Assembly (NCBI GenBank): GCA_052390515.1
Contig: JBQTGV010000002.1
Location: 1 to 23,562, forward strand
Source of the DNA: Candidatus Eiseniibacteriota bacterium
GTDB taxonomy: Bacteria; ARS69
Direction: 5' to 3'
DNA length: 23,562 nucleotides
In this document: positions 15,435-23,562 of the stretch, in pieces
Layout of the letters: every line of letters begins with the position of its first letter
Position numbering within the stretch: position 1 is the stretch's first letter
Notes under the pieces: model-generated
What the model saw: only the letters and a program-made list of their open reading frames with translations
Told to the model about the DNA's origin: nothing
The model's database searches: none
Program-made: the position numbers and the translations under genes

Positions 15435-16971
15435 GGGAATCCCGCCTCAGCTCCGTGGTCATTTCGCCCGCCGGTCCGTGCATCCGGACGACGAGGGGCA
15501 TGCTCCCGGGTAGGGAGTGCGAGGCGCAGCCGTGGCACGGATCGTAGGCCCGGAACGCCATCTCCACCTCGTTCAGGATTCCCTCCGGTACGTCGGGACC
15601 GTGGATCAGTCCCTTCGCGGCCTTCTCCACGCTCATGGCGATGCGCGCGGCGTTGTTCTGCGTGGCGACGATCAGGTTGGCCTTGCGGACGACTCCCCGC
15701 TCGTCGGTGGCGTAGTGATGGATGAGCGTGCCCCGCGGCGCCTCCACGACGCCCACGCCTTCCCGCGGCGTCTCCGTGGGCAGCGTCCGCACGTTCGGGT
15801 CGAGCAGCTCCGGATCGTGCGCCAGCTCCTGCATCCGCTCCGCCGCGTAGACGAGCTCCACGACCCGCGCCCAGTGGTTCGCCAGCGTGTGGTGCACCGG
15901 CTTGCCGCCGAGCGTCTCGTACATCTTCTCGTACGCCTGCTGCGCGAGCGGCGTCGCCATGCCCGTGGCCACGTTCAGGCGCGCGAGCGGCGCCACGCAG
16001 TAGATGCCGCTTCCCGCCCCGTCGGAGAACCCGGTCCAGCCCACCGGCTTGAGGTAGCAGAACTTCACGTAGCTCCACGGCTCCACCCGCTCGGCGATCC
16101 AGTCGAGGTAGTCGGCCGCCGCGAACTTCGCGTACTCCTCCCCCTCGGGCGTCACGACGCGGATCTCTCCGTCGTAGAAGTTCGGTCGGCCGCACCCGTC
16201 GACGAGCCCCATGTAGTACGTGCGGTGGGTGAAGACGTCGGAGCGGATGAGATCGACGTATCCGGAGTCGGCCAGGACGACGTTCTCGAAGAGGCGTAGC
16301 GTGAACCTGCCGAACTCCACGGTCTCGGCGGCGACCTCGCGGATCTTCGTCACGTCCTTCGCATGCACACGCCGCGCGACGCCGCCGGGCAGGCCGAGCA
16401 CCGGATGGATCGCCTTGCCGCCGAGCAGGGCGATGATCTCGCGGAGCCGACGCCGCATGGCGATCACCCGCTGGCCGGCCTCCACGCCGACCTTGGCGAT
16501 GACACCCAGCACGTTGCGCTGCTCCGGGGCCGCCGTCGGCCCGACGACGAAGTCCGGCCCGCCGAGGAAGTAGAAGTGCAGGGCGTGGTCCTCGCTCAGG
16601 AACGCGCAGTAGACGAGCTCGCGGATCTTCTTCGCCGCGGGTGGCGGGTCCACGCCGAACACCGCATCCAGGGCCTTCGTCGCGGCCATGTGATGTGCGG
16701 TCGGGCACACGCCGCAGATCCTCGAGGTGATCTGGGGCATGTCCTCGGCCAGCCGTCCCTGCGCGAACTTCTCGAACCCGCGCAGCTCGGGCACCTGGAA
16801 GTACGCGCGCTCCACCCTGCCGGCTTCGTCCAGGAAGATGTCGATCTTGCCGTGGCCCTCCAGGCGCGTGACCGGATCGATGGTGATGCGCCGCCTCGCG
16901 TACGACGCGTCGGCCCGGGCGGCGGCCGTGGCGAGCGTCGCGCGAACCGTCTCGTCCCGTTCTGCGGGCAT
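15412..16971 (-). CDS. mvhA: Group 3c [NiFe]-hydrogenase large subunit MvhA
   Basis: ATG at 16971 after GGAGG. IDPVTRLEGHG, ELRGFEKF, L1 motif SRICGVCPTAH, EAPRGTLIHHY and L2 motif RAYDPCHGCASH plus a C-terminal extension. Context with mvhD/mvhG/hdrABC. Confidence 0.93.
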   Translation of the reverse strand: MPAERDETVRATLATAAARADASYARRRITIDPVTRLEGHGKIDIFLDEAGRVERAYFQVPELRGFEKFAQGRLAEDMPQITSRICGVCPTAHHMAATKALDAVFGVDPPPAAKKIRELVYCAFLSEDHALHFYFLGGPDFVVGPTAAPEQRNVLGVIAKVGVEAGQRVIAMRRRLREIIALLGGKAIHPVLGLPGGVARRVHAKDVTKIREVAAETVEFGRFTLRLFENVVLADSGYVDLIRSDVFTHRTYYMGLVDGCGRPNFYDGEIRVVTPEGEEYAKFAAADYLDWIAERVEPWSYVKFCYLKPVGWTGFSDGAGSGIYCVAPLARLNVATGMATPLAQQAYEKMYETLGGKPVHHTLANHWARVVELVYAAERMQELAHDPELLDPNVRTLPTETPREGVGVVEAPRGTLIHHYATDERGVVRKANLIVATQNNAARIAMSVEKAAKGLIHGPDVPEGILNEVEMAFRAYDPCHGCASHSLPGSMPLVVRMHGPAGEMTTELRRDSRGRIHRG

Positions 16972-16973
16972 GG

Positions 16974-17963
16974 TCAGGCACCTCCCTTGCCGGCGCGCTC
17001 CCGTGCTTGCCGGCGAAGCAGCGATCCGGGAAGCCCGTAGCGATAGAACGTGCCCACCGGATCCGGGAGCGAATCGAGAGCCCGATCGATCGCGCTCTCG
17101 TCGGAGCCGGCGGTGATCGAGGCCAGGGCAGAGAGCATCTTGCCGCCCTGATCGCGGACGCGGCTGGTCGGTCCGAAGCACCCCGAGCACGGCATGTTGC
17201 CGGCGAGGCAGAGAGCTTCGCACCCGGCCCGTGTGGCGGGTCCCATGCACGGGATGCCCTGGGCCAGCAGGCAGGTGACCTCGTCGATCACCACCTGGTG
17301 AGGCCGCTTGAACTCGGCCACTTCGAGGTCCACCGGCCGCGAGTCTCTCCGCGGACACTGTTCGCAGAGCGCGTGATCCGGCGCGAGAACGCTGCCCTTC
17401 GGAGGCAGCTCTCCGCTCAGCAGCGTCTGGATGGCGCTCCAGGTGATCGCCGCGGTCGGCGCGCAACCGGGCACGTAGTAGTCGACGTCGACCACTTGGT
17501 CGAGAGCGAGGACGGTGTCGAAGAAGCTCGGCAGGGTCACCTCGTGCCCGTTGTCCCGGCAGCGGACCTCCGGGATCACGCCTTCCGGATTCACCGTGCT
17601 CGGCGCATCCCGGTAGACGGTGCGGAACACCTCCTCGCGGCTCCACAGGTTGGCCAGCCCCGGCACGCCGCCCAGCTGCGAGCACGCGCCGAACGCCACC
17701 AGCACGCGGGACTTCCGCCGGATCAGGCGCGCCATGTCCTCCTGTTCGCTGGTGCGGACCGCTCCGTTCACGAAACCGGCCAGCAGCGCGCCGTCGGGCA
17801 GCGCCTCCAGGTCCTTCCTCTTGAAGTCGAGAGCCACCGGCCAGAAGACGATGTCCACCGCGGCGGCGACCTCCAGGATCCTCTCCGCCAGATCCACGAC
17901 GGCCTCCTCGCAGCCGCCGCAGCTCGCGCACCAGTAGAGCGCCACCTTCGGCTTGTCGCTCAT
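16974..17963 (-). CDS. mvhG: [NiFe]-hydrogenase small subunit MvhG
   Basis: ATG at 17963 (ATGA overlap, GAGGAGG upstream). Motifs WCASCGGCEE, FGACSQLGG, VPGCAPT, CEQCPR, CLLAQGIPCMGP and PCSGCFGP. No Tat signal, so cytoplasmic. Confidence 0.93.
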   Translation of the reverse strand: MSDKPKVALYWCASCGGCEEAVVDLAERILEVAAAVDIVFWPVALDFKRKDLEALPDGALLAGFVNGAVRTSEQEDMARLIRRKSRVLVAFGACSQLGGVPGLANLWSREEVFRTVYRDAPSTVNPEGVIPEVRCRDNGHEVTLPSFFDTVLALDQVVDVDYYVPGCAPTAAITWSAIQTLLSGELPPKGSVLAPDHALCEQCPRRDSRPVDLEVAEFKRPHQVVIDEVTCLLAQGIPCMGPATRAGCEALCLAGNMPCSGCFGPTSRVRDQGGKMLSALASITAGSDESAIDRALDSLPDPVGTFYRYGLPGSLLRRQARERAGKGGA

Positions 17964-18490
17964 GGCGTGGCCACCTCCTCGGCCCGTGCGCTCGCTGCCG
18001 CCGGCGCTGCATCCGGCGATGCCGGAGACGACCTGCGGAGCTCCGCAGCACCGCCGCGGAAGGGACCGAGCGCCCTCACCTCGTCGATCATCTCGGTCAT
18101 GACGCGGCGCAGCTTGTCGGCCTCGGAGGCCGAGATCCACTCCAGGCGGATCCGCCGTTCGTCGATGCCGAGCCCGGCGAGCACCCTGCGCAGCAGCTGG
18201 AAACGTCGCAGGGCCTTGGTGTTGCCGCTCTGGTAATGGCAGTCGCCCGGGTGGCAGCCGCCGAGCAGCACCCCGTCGGCTCCCCGCGCGAACGCGTCGA
18301 GCACGAACTGCGGATCGACGCGGCCGGAGCACATGAGCCGGATCACCCGCGCGTTCGCCGGGTACTTCATCCGCGACGTGCCCGCCAGATCCGCGGCGAG
18401 ATACGTGCACCAGTTGCAGAAGAAGCAGACGACTCTCGGCTCCCAGCCGCCGTTCTCGAGCCCTGTCGACGTCCGCGTCGTCTCAGACAT
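17960..18490 (-). CDS. mvhD: [2Fe-2S] subunit MvhD
   Basis: Motifs FFCNWCTYLAADLAG, RLMCSGRVDP, GGCHPGDCHY and WISASE. Confidence 0.95.
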   Translation of the reverse strand: MSETTRTSTGLENGGWEPRVVCFFCNWCTYLAADLAGTSRMKYPANARVIRLMCSGRVDPQFVLDAFARGADGVLLGGCHPGDCHYQSGNTKALRRFQLLRRVLAGLGIDERRIRLEWISASEADKLRRVMTEMIDEVRALGPFRGGAAELRRSSPASPDAAPAAASARAEEVATP

Positions 18491-20495
18491 GACTCAGCAC
18501 CCCCTCGATCTCCTCGAAGACCTGCGCGTCCTCGAAGAGGTTCTGCACGATCGAGCCGGACGGACACGCCGCCACGCACGTTCCGCAGCCCTTGCACAGC
18601 ACCTCGTTGATCTTCGCCTTCCTCGTGGTGTCGTCGAAGGCGATGGCGTGATACGGGCAGAGCGAAACGCAGGTCTTGCATCCGGAGCACTCCGTCTCGA
18701 CGACGAACGCGGTGTTGGGCTCGAGCTCGACCCAGCCGGCGTCGGCGAGAGCCATGGCCTCCGCGGCCGCGGCACCGGCCTGGGCCACGCTGTCGGGGAT
18801 GTCCTTGGGCGCCTGGCAGCAGCCCGCCAGGAAGATCCCGTCGGTGAAGGTGCTCACCGGCGCGAGCTTGGCGTGCCGCTCCATGAAAAAGCCGCCGCCC
18901 GAGCAGGTGATGTTGAACGTCCGTCGAACGTCCTCCGCATCCGCGCGCGGCTCCAGCCCGACGGCCAGCACGACCATGTCCACGGGAATGCGCCGCACCA
19001 TTCCCGCCAACGTGTCCTCGACGTCCATGACGACGCGCCCGTCGCCGTCCGGACTGCGCGAGACGTCCGCGACCTTGCCTCGAATGAGGTGCACGCCCTC
19101 CTCGGCGACCCGGTTGTAGAACTCCTCGAAGTCCTTCCCGGCGGTCCGCATGTCGATGTAGCACTCCCAGATCTCCGCGTCGGTCTTCTCGCGGATGAGG
19201 TGCGCCAGCTTGAGCGAGACCATGCAGCACACCCGCGAGCAGTGACGGTTGGTGTGCTCGTCGCGGCTCCCCACGCAGTGGATGATCCCGACGGACTCCG
19301 GCTTCCGCCCGTCCCGGAGAACCACCTCGCCGCCGGTCGGCCCCGAGGCGTTGACCAGCCGCTCCAGCTCGAGCGCCGTGTAGACGTTGGGGTAGGTGCC
19401 GTACCCGTAGTGCGGAGCCCGATGCGCGTCGAAGGTCCGGAAGCCCGTGGCCAGGATGATGGTGCCGACCTCGATCGTCTCCAGGCTCTCCTTCTGTCGG
19501 AAGTCGATGGCGTGGCGATCGCCGCAGACCTCGACGCAGGTCTTCTTGCACTTGCCGGTCTTGAACTCGATGCAAGCTTCCGGGTCGATCACCACGACCG
19601 GGGGCACGGCCTGCGCGAAGGGCAGATAGATCGGCTTGCGGTTGGACAGGCCCAGATTGAACTCGTCCGGATACTTCGTCTTCTTGTACACGCACGCCTC
19701 GACGCACTCCGCGCAGCCGACGCACAGGTTCTCCAGGACGTAGCGGGGCTTCCTGCGGACGGTCACGCGGTAGTTGCCGACGTAGCCCTCGACCGAGGCG
19801 ACTTCCGAGTAGGTCCAGAGCGTGATGTTGGGATGTGCGCGTACCTCCGTCATCTTGGGCGTGAGAATGCAAGCGGCGCAGTCCAGCGTCGGGAACGTCT
19901 TGTCGAACTGGGCCATGTGGCCGCCGATGCTCGGCTCTCGCTCCACCAGGGTGACCCGCTTCCCGGAGTTGGCCACCGTGAGCGCCGCCTGGATCCCGGC
20001 GATTCCGCCTCCCACCACCAACACGTCCGGCTTGATGGGGACCCGGCGGCGCTCGAGCGGCCGATGGAACCGGACACGGGCGACCGCCGCCCGCACCAGG
20101 TCCTTCGCCTTCTGCGTGGCCTGCTGCACGTCGGTGTGCACCCACGAGTCGTGCTCGCGGATGTTGACCATCTGGAAGAAGAACGGATTCAGGCCTCCCT
20201 CACCGGTCGCGCGACGGAAGGTCTTCTCGTGCAGGCACGGCGAGCAGGATGCCACGACGATTCGGTCGAGACGGTGCTCGGCAATATCCTTCTTGATCAG
20301 CTCCTGGCCCGGATCGGAGCACATGTACTTGTAGTCCCGGGTCAGAGCGACTCCGCCGAGCGTCCCCGCGTACCTCGCCACCTCGGCGACGTCGACGATC
20401 CCGGCGATGTTCGTTCCGCAGTGGCAGACGTACACGCCGATCCGCGCAGCCGCGTGCCCATTCGCCCGGGCTCCGTTCGAGCCTTCAGGATGCAT
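18483..20495 (-). CDS. hdrA: Heterodisulfide reductase subunit A (FAD/Fe-S, electron-bifurcating)
   Basis: Motifs YVCHCGTNI, VVGGGIAG, DKTFPTLDCAACILTP, an inserted ferredoxin (CVGCAECVEAC), HCVGSRD...CSRVCCM, PKDIPDSV, and C-terminal CSGCKTCVSLCP and CKGCGTCVAACP. Confidence 0.96.
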   Translation of the reverse strand: MHPEGSNGARANGHAAARIGVYVCHCGTNIAGIVDVAEVARYAGTLGGVALTRDYKYMCSDPGQELIKKDIAEHRLDRIVVASCSPCLHEKTFRRATGEGGLNPFFFQMVNIREHDSWVHTDVQQATQKAKDLVRAAVARVRFHRPLERRRVPIKPDVLVVGGGIAGIQAALTVANSGKRVTLVEREPSIGGHMAQFDKTFPTLDCAACILTPKMTEVRAHPNITLWTYSEVASVEGYVGNYRVTVRRKPRYVLENLCVGCAECVEACVYKKTKYPDEFNLGLSNRKPIYLPFAQAVPPVVVIDPEACIEFKTGKCKKTCVEVCGDRHAIDFRQKESLETIEVGTIILATGFRTFDAHRAPHYGYGTYPNVYTALELERLVNASGPTGGEVVLRDGRKPESVGIIHCVGSRDEHTNRHCSRVCCMVSLKLAHLIREKTDAEIWECYIDMRTAGKDFEEFYNRVAEEGVHLIRGKVADVSRSPDGDGRVVMDVEDTLAGMVRRIPVDMVVLAVGLEPRADAEDVRRTFNITCSGGGFFMERHAKLAPVSTFTDGIFLAGCCQAPKDIPDSVAQAGAAAAEAMALADAGWVELEPNTAFVVETECSGCKTCVSLCPYHAIAFDDTTRKAKINEVLCKGCGTCVAACPSGSIVQNLFEDAQVFEEIEGVLSHV

Positions 20496-21360
20496 GGATC
20501 GCCCCCCTCGTCAGCACCGCCTCCGCCGGGATGATGCAGCGGTCGAGACCGACCTGCTTCGCGGACAGGCCCAGCGCGAGACCCAGGATCTGCGTGAAGA
20601 ACACGACGGGGATCGGCGCGCGGCCGCCGTCGCGGATGCGTCTCTGATGGACCTCCAGGTTGAACTGGCAGAGCGGACAGACCGTGGCGATGACGTCGGC
20701 TCCGTCGTCGACCGCCTCGCGGACCAGCGCGGCGACGCACGAGAGTCCCACTTCGGGGATCGTCCCGGTCTGGCTGCCGCCGCAGCAGCGGGTCCTGGAG
20801 CGGTAGTCCACGACCTTCGCGCCGCACGCTTCGAGGAGGCGGTCCATCGTGCGCGGCTCCTCCTGCGAATCGAAGACCGCGTACGGCCGCACGATCTGGC
20901 AGCCGTAGTACGGCGCCGCGCGCACGCCTTCGAGGGGCGTCTTGATCTTCGCCGCGATGGCCTCGACACCCACGTCGTGCACGAGGACGTCGAGTGGATG
21001 GCGCACCCGCGTCGTCCCGCGGTAACGGAGACCCGCCCGGTCCATCGCCCGGCCGACCCGCTCACGGAGCGCGGGACGCTCGGCCAGCTGGTGCTGGGTC
21101 TTGAGCAGCACGAGCCAGCAGGCGCTGCACGGAGCCACGAGATCGAGCCCGCGCTGATCCGCGAGCGCCAGGTTCCTCGCGGCGAGAGCCGCGGCCTGCG
21201 CTTCGTCGATGGACATGTAGGCGGTCGCGCCGCAGCAATTCCAGTCGTCGAGCTCCTCGAGCTGCACGTCGAGTGCCTCGAACACCGCCAGCAGCGAGGT
21301 CTCGTACGCACGCGCCGTTCCCTTCACGGAGCAGCCAGGGTAGTAGAGGTAGCGCCTCAT
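20485..21360 (-). CDS. hdrB: Heterodisulfide reductase subunit B
   Basis: Two CCG domains: YYPGC...NCCG...PCSAC and YYGC...RCCG...VCPLC. Confidence 0.95.
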   Translation of the reverse strand: MRRYLYYPGCSVKGTARAYETSLLAVFEALDVQLEELDDWNCCGATAYMSIDEAQAAALAARNLALADQRGLDLVAPCSACWLVLLKTQHQLAERPALRERVGRAMDRAGLRYRGTTRVRHPLDVLVHDVGVEAIAAKIKTPLEGVRAAPYYGCQIVRPYAVFDSQEEPRTMDRLLEACGAKVVDYRSRTRCCGGSQTGTIPEVGLSCVAALVREAVDDGADVIATVCPLCQFNLEVHQRRIRDGGRAPIPVVFFTQILGLALGLSAKQVGLDRCIIPAEAVLTRGAIHAS

Positions 21361-21935
21361 TCCGCCTTCTCCTCGCGCTGCACTTCGTCGAGCAGACGAA
21401 TCAGCTGGGCGCGGTCCCGAATGCGCTCCGTCCGCAACGAGAGACGTCCGGTGCGGAGCAGGTCACGACCCATCGGGATCATGCGCAGGCCGCGAAGGAG
21501 GCTTGTCTCGAGGAGGAGCCGGAGCACGAGACGCGCCTCGGTGATCCGACCCTTGGCGCGAACCATGCGCCCGAACTCGCGCGCGAGCACCGGGATCGCG
21601 AAGCGCTTGGGATACAGCCCCTCTTCGATCGCCTTGCGCTTCAGCGCGTACATGAGCTCGGTGACCTGGATGCCGCGCGGGCACCTCACCGTGCAGGTGT
21701 AGCAGCTCGTGCACAGCCAGATCGAGAAGCTGCGAAGGACGTCTTCCTTGAATCCTTCGCGGGCGAGATAGAGGAGCTGCCGCGGGCTCCTGTCCATGTG
21801 CGGGGAAAGCGGGCAGCTGCCGGCGCAGAGCCCGCAGTGGATGCACTGAGAGATCCCCGCCGCACCCGGGAGACCTCGGATCCAGCCGGCGAACCGCCGA
21901 TCCCGGTCAGCCTCCGTCCTGATCGTCGGCCGCAT
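21357..21935 (-). CDS. hdrC: Heterodisulfide reductase subunit C
   Basis: ATG at 21935 after GGGGAGGGG. Two [4Fe-4S] motifs, CIHCGLCAGSCP and CTSCYTCTVRCP. ATGA overlap with hdrB. Confidence 0.93.
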   Translation of the reverse strand: MRPTIRTEADRDRRFAGWIRGLPGAAGISQCIHCGLCAGSCPLSPHMDRSPRQLLYLAREGFKEDVLRSFSIWLCTSCYTCTVRCPRGIQVTELMYALKRKAIEEGLYPKRFAIPVLAREFGRMVRAKGRITEARLVLRLLLETSLLRGLRMIPMGRDLLRTGRLSLRTERIRDRAQLIRLLDEVQREEKAE

Positions 21936-22102
21936 CGTTCCCCTCCCCCACGAGCCCTGGGACGGGGTCGTCGATGTCTCGCGACCTGCCTCATGGTATC
22001 CCGAGTCCACTATTCCACCCAGGGATGCTGACTCCTCGATCCGTTGGGGGGTACTTTGGACAGCCGCTTCGGCTACGTTGAGCACCTCCAAGGGGGTGAA
22101 CG

Positions 22103-23562
22103 ATGCGAACACAGTCCCGCCGGCTGGAGCTCCGCGTGACCGGGATCGTCCAGGGGGTGGGGTTCCGTCCCTTCGTCTACCGCGAGGCGGTCTCGCGCCA
22201 TCTCGTCGGGTGGGTGCGAAACGGATCGGACGCCGTTCGCATCGAGGTCGAGGGGCCGGCCGCGGAGGTCGACGCGTTCGTCGAGACGGTCCGCAAGCGT
22301 CCGCCGGAGGGCGCGGTCATCGAGGCGGTCGACGTCCGGGAGCTCCCCCGCGGGAGCGACGAATCGTTCCGGATCCGCGAGAGCACGTCGGAGGCGCGGA
22401 TCCAGCCCTCGGTACCGCCGGACCTGGCCACCTGCGCAGAGTGCTTCGTCGAGGTCGACGACACGTCGTCGCGCCGCACCCGCTACCCGTTCACGAACTG
22501 CACGCGGTGCGGCCCGCGCTTCACGATCGTACGGGACCTGCCCTACGACCGCTCGCGCACGTCGATGAGCGCGTTCCCGATGTGCGAGGAGTGCCGCCGC
22601 GAATACGAGGATCCGGCGGACCGCCGCTTCCACGCGCAGCCGATCGCCTGCCCGCGCTGCGGCCCGGTGCTGCGTCTGCTGACTCCGGCGGGAACGGAGC
22701 TGGCCCGCGCGGACGACGCGCTGCGCGAAGCGGCGGCGGGGGTGCGCGCCGGGAGGATCCTCGCGCTCCAGGGACTCGGCGGATTCCAGCTCGTGGCCGA
22801 CGCGACGAACGGCGACGCGGTCGAGCGCCTGAGGCAGCGCAAGCACCGGCCCGACAAGCCCTTCGCCCTGCTGATGGCCGACGTCGAGGCGGTACGGAGC
22901 TTCTGCGTCGTCTCCCCGGTCGAGGAAGCCGCGCTGCGTTCGCCGGTGGCCCCGATCGTCCTGCTCGAGCGTCGCTCGGACACGGCACCGGCGCAACCGC
23001 CGCCTCTCGCGCCCGGGATCGCGCCGGGAACCCCACGGCTCGGAATCATGCTGCCGTACACGCCGCTCCATCGCCTGCTCGTGCTCGACACGGGGCGTCC
23101 GCTGGTGTGCACGAGCGGCAACCTCGCCGACGAGCCGCTGAGCACCGACCCGGACGAGGCGCTCGTGCGGCTCGGAGGGATCGCGGACCTCTTCCTGGTG
23201 CACGACAGGCCCATCGTGCGCCCCGTCGACGACTCCGTCGCGGTGGTCGAGGGGGAGATCGCCCGCGTGCTGCGGCGCGCGCGCGGCCATGCGCCGGTCC
23301 CCCTCATCGTCGCCGAGGAGTCGGCGCCCATTCTCGCCGTCGGCGGACACCTCAAGAGCACGGTGTCGTTGCGGCTGGGACGCCGGATCGTGACGAGCCA
23401 GCACCTCGGCGATCTCTCCAGCGCGGAGGGAGTCGCGCACCTCGAGCGCGCCGTCGAGGACCTGCTGCGCTTCTATCGCGTCCGCCCGGCGGCCGTCGTG
23501 CGGGATCTGCATCCCGACTACGCCTCGACGCGACTCGCCGAACGGCTCGGCGCGGAGTGGGG
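22103..23562 (+). CDS. hypF: Carbamoyltransferase HypF, 3'-partial (runs off window)
   Basis: Translated by hand from ATG 22103: VTGIVQGVGFRPFVYR (acylphosphatase domain), PPDLATCAEC...YPFTNCTRCGPRF, MCEECRREYEDPADRRFHAQPIACPRCGP (zinc fingers), GLGGFQL, RKHRPDKPFA, TSGN and DLHPDY, all in one frame. Confidence 0.96.
   Translation, partial: MRTQSRRLELRVTGIVQGVGFRPFVYREAVSRHLVGWVRNGSDAVRIEVEGPAAEVDAFVETVRKRPPEGAVIEAVDVRELPRGSDESFRIRESTSEARIQPSVPPDLATCAECFVEVDDTSSRRTRYPFTNCTRCGPRFTIVRDLPYDRSRTSMSAFPMCEECRREYEDPADRRFHAQPIACPRCGPVLRLLTPAGTELARADDALREAAAGVRAGRILALQGLGGFQLVADATNGDAVERLRQRKHRPDKPFALLMADVEAVRSFCVVSPVEEAALRSPVAPIVLLERRSDTAPAQPPPLAPGIAPGTPRLGIMLPYTPLHRLLVLDTGRPLVCTSGNLADEPLSTDPDEALVRLGGIADLFLVHDRPIVRPVDDSVAVVEGEIARVLRRARGHAPVPLIVAEESAPILAVGGHLKSTVSLRLGRRIVTSQHLGDLSSAEGVAHLERAVEDLLRFYRVRPAAVVRDLHPDYASTRLAERLGAEW

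Noticed and set aside
15520-15550. Possible selenocysteine ([NiFeSe]) hydrogenase
   Set aside because: The L2 motif reads DPCHGC with TGC codons, and no in-frame TGA interrupts mvhA, mvhD or hdrA.
15412-18051. 879-aa ORF suggesting a large N-terminal fusion on MvhA
   Set aside because: The first 360 codons overlap mvhG in another frame and are Arg-rich noise. The real start is ATG 16971 with GGAGG. The same applies to the ORF-track extensions of the 16-heme, 21-heme, ybaK, hypB, mvhG and hdrC genes.
18333-23512. ORFs 18333-20534 (+), 20407-21702 (+) and 22073-23512 (-)
   Set aside because: Antisense to hdrA, hdrB/hdrC and hypF, with no independent evidence of coding.
1-23562. CRISPR arrays, tRNA/rRNA genes, riboswitches
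   Set aside because: No repeat-spacer periodicity or recognisable structural RNA was seen. Nearly all sequence is coding, and the apparent repeats are heme-motif codons.

Overview
High-GC bacterial window (roughly 70% GC by eye) dominated by anaerobic energy-metabolism genes in four blocks. (1) 1-2888 (+): a probable IS3-family right end fused to a 5'-truncated universal stress protein gene, then a CBS-pair gene and an acetyl-CoA hydrolase/CoA-transferase fused to a GNAT domain. (2) 2905-13403: a divergently transcribed multiheme cytochrome c locus with 64 heme-binding motifs by manual count. The minus-strand operon encodes an ImcH-like 7-heme NapC/NirT protein, a CbcL-like module split into an 11-heme c subunit and a cytochrome b, a 21-heme lipoprotein and a 16-heme repeat cytochrome. 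The plus-strand pair encodes a 9-heme lipoprotein and a putative outer-membrane beta-barrel. Together these look like a complete quinone-pool-to-cell-surface electron conduit. (3) 13420-21935 (-): hdrCBA-mvhDGA (group 3c [NiFe]-hydrogenase/heterodisulfide reductase), a maturation protease, hypA, hypB and a YbaK-family gene. (4) 22103-end (+): hypF, running off the window and absent from the ORF track. The most interesting signal is this compact ImcH + split-CbcL + porin-cytochrome system sitting directly beside an electron-bifurcating Mvh-Hdr hydrogenase. All family assignments come from motif recognition; no searches were run.
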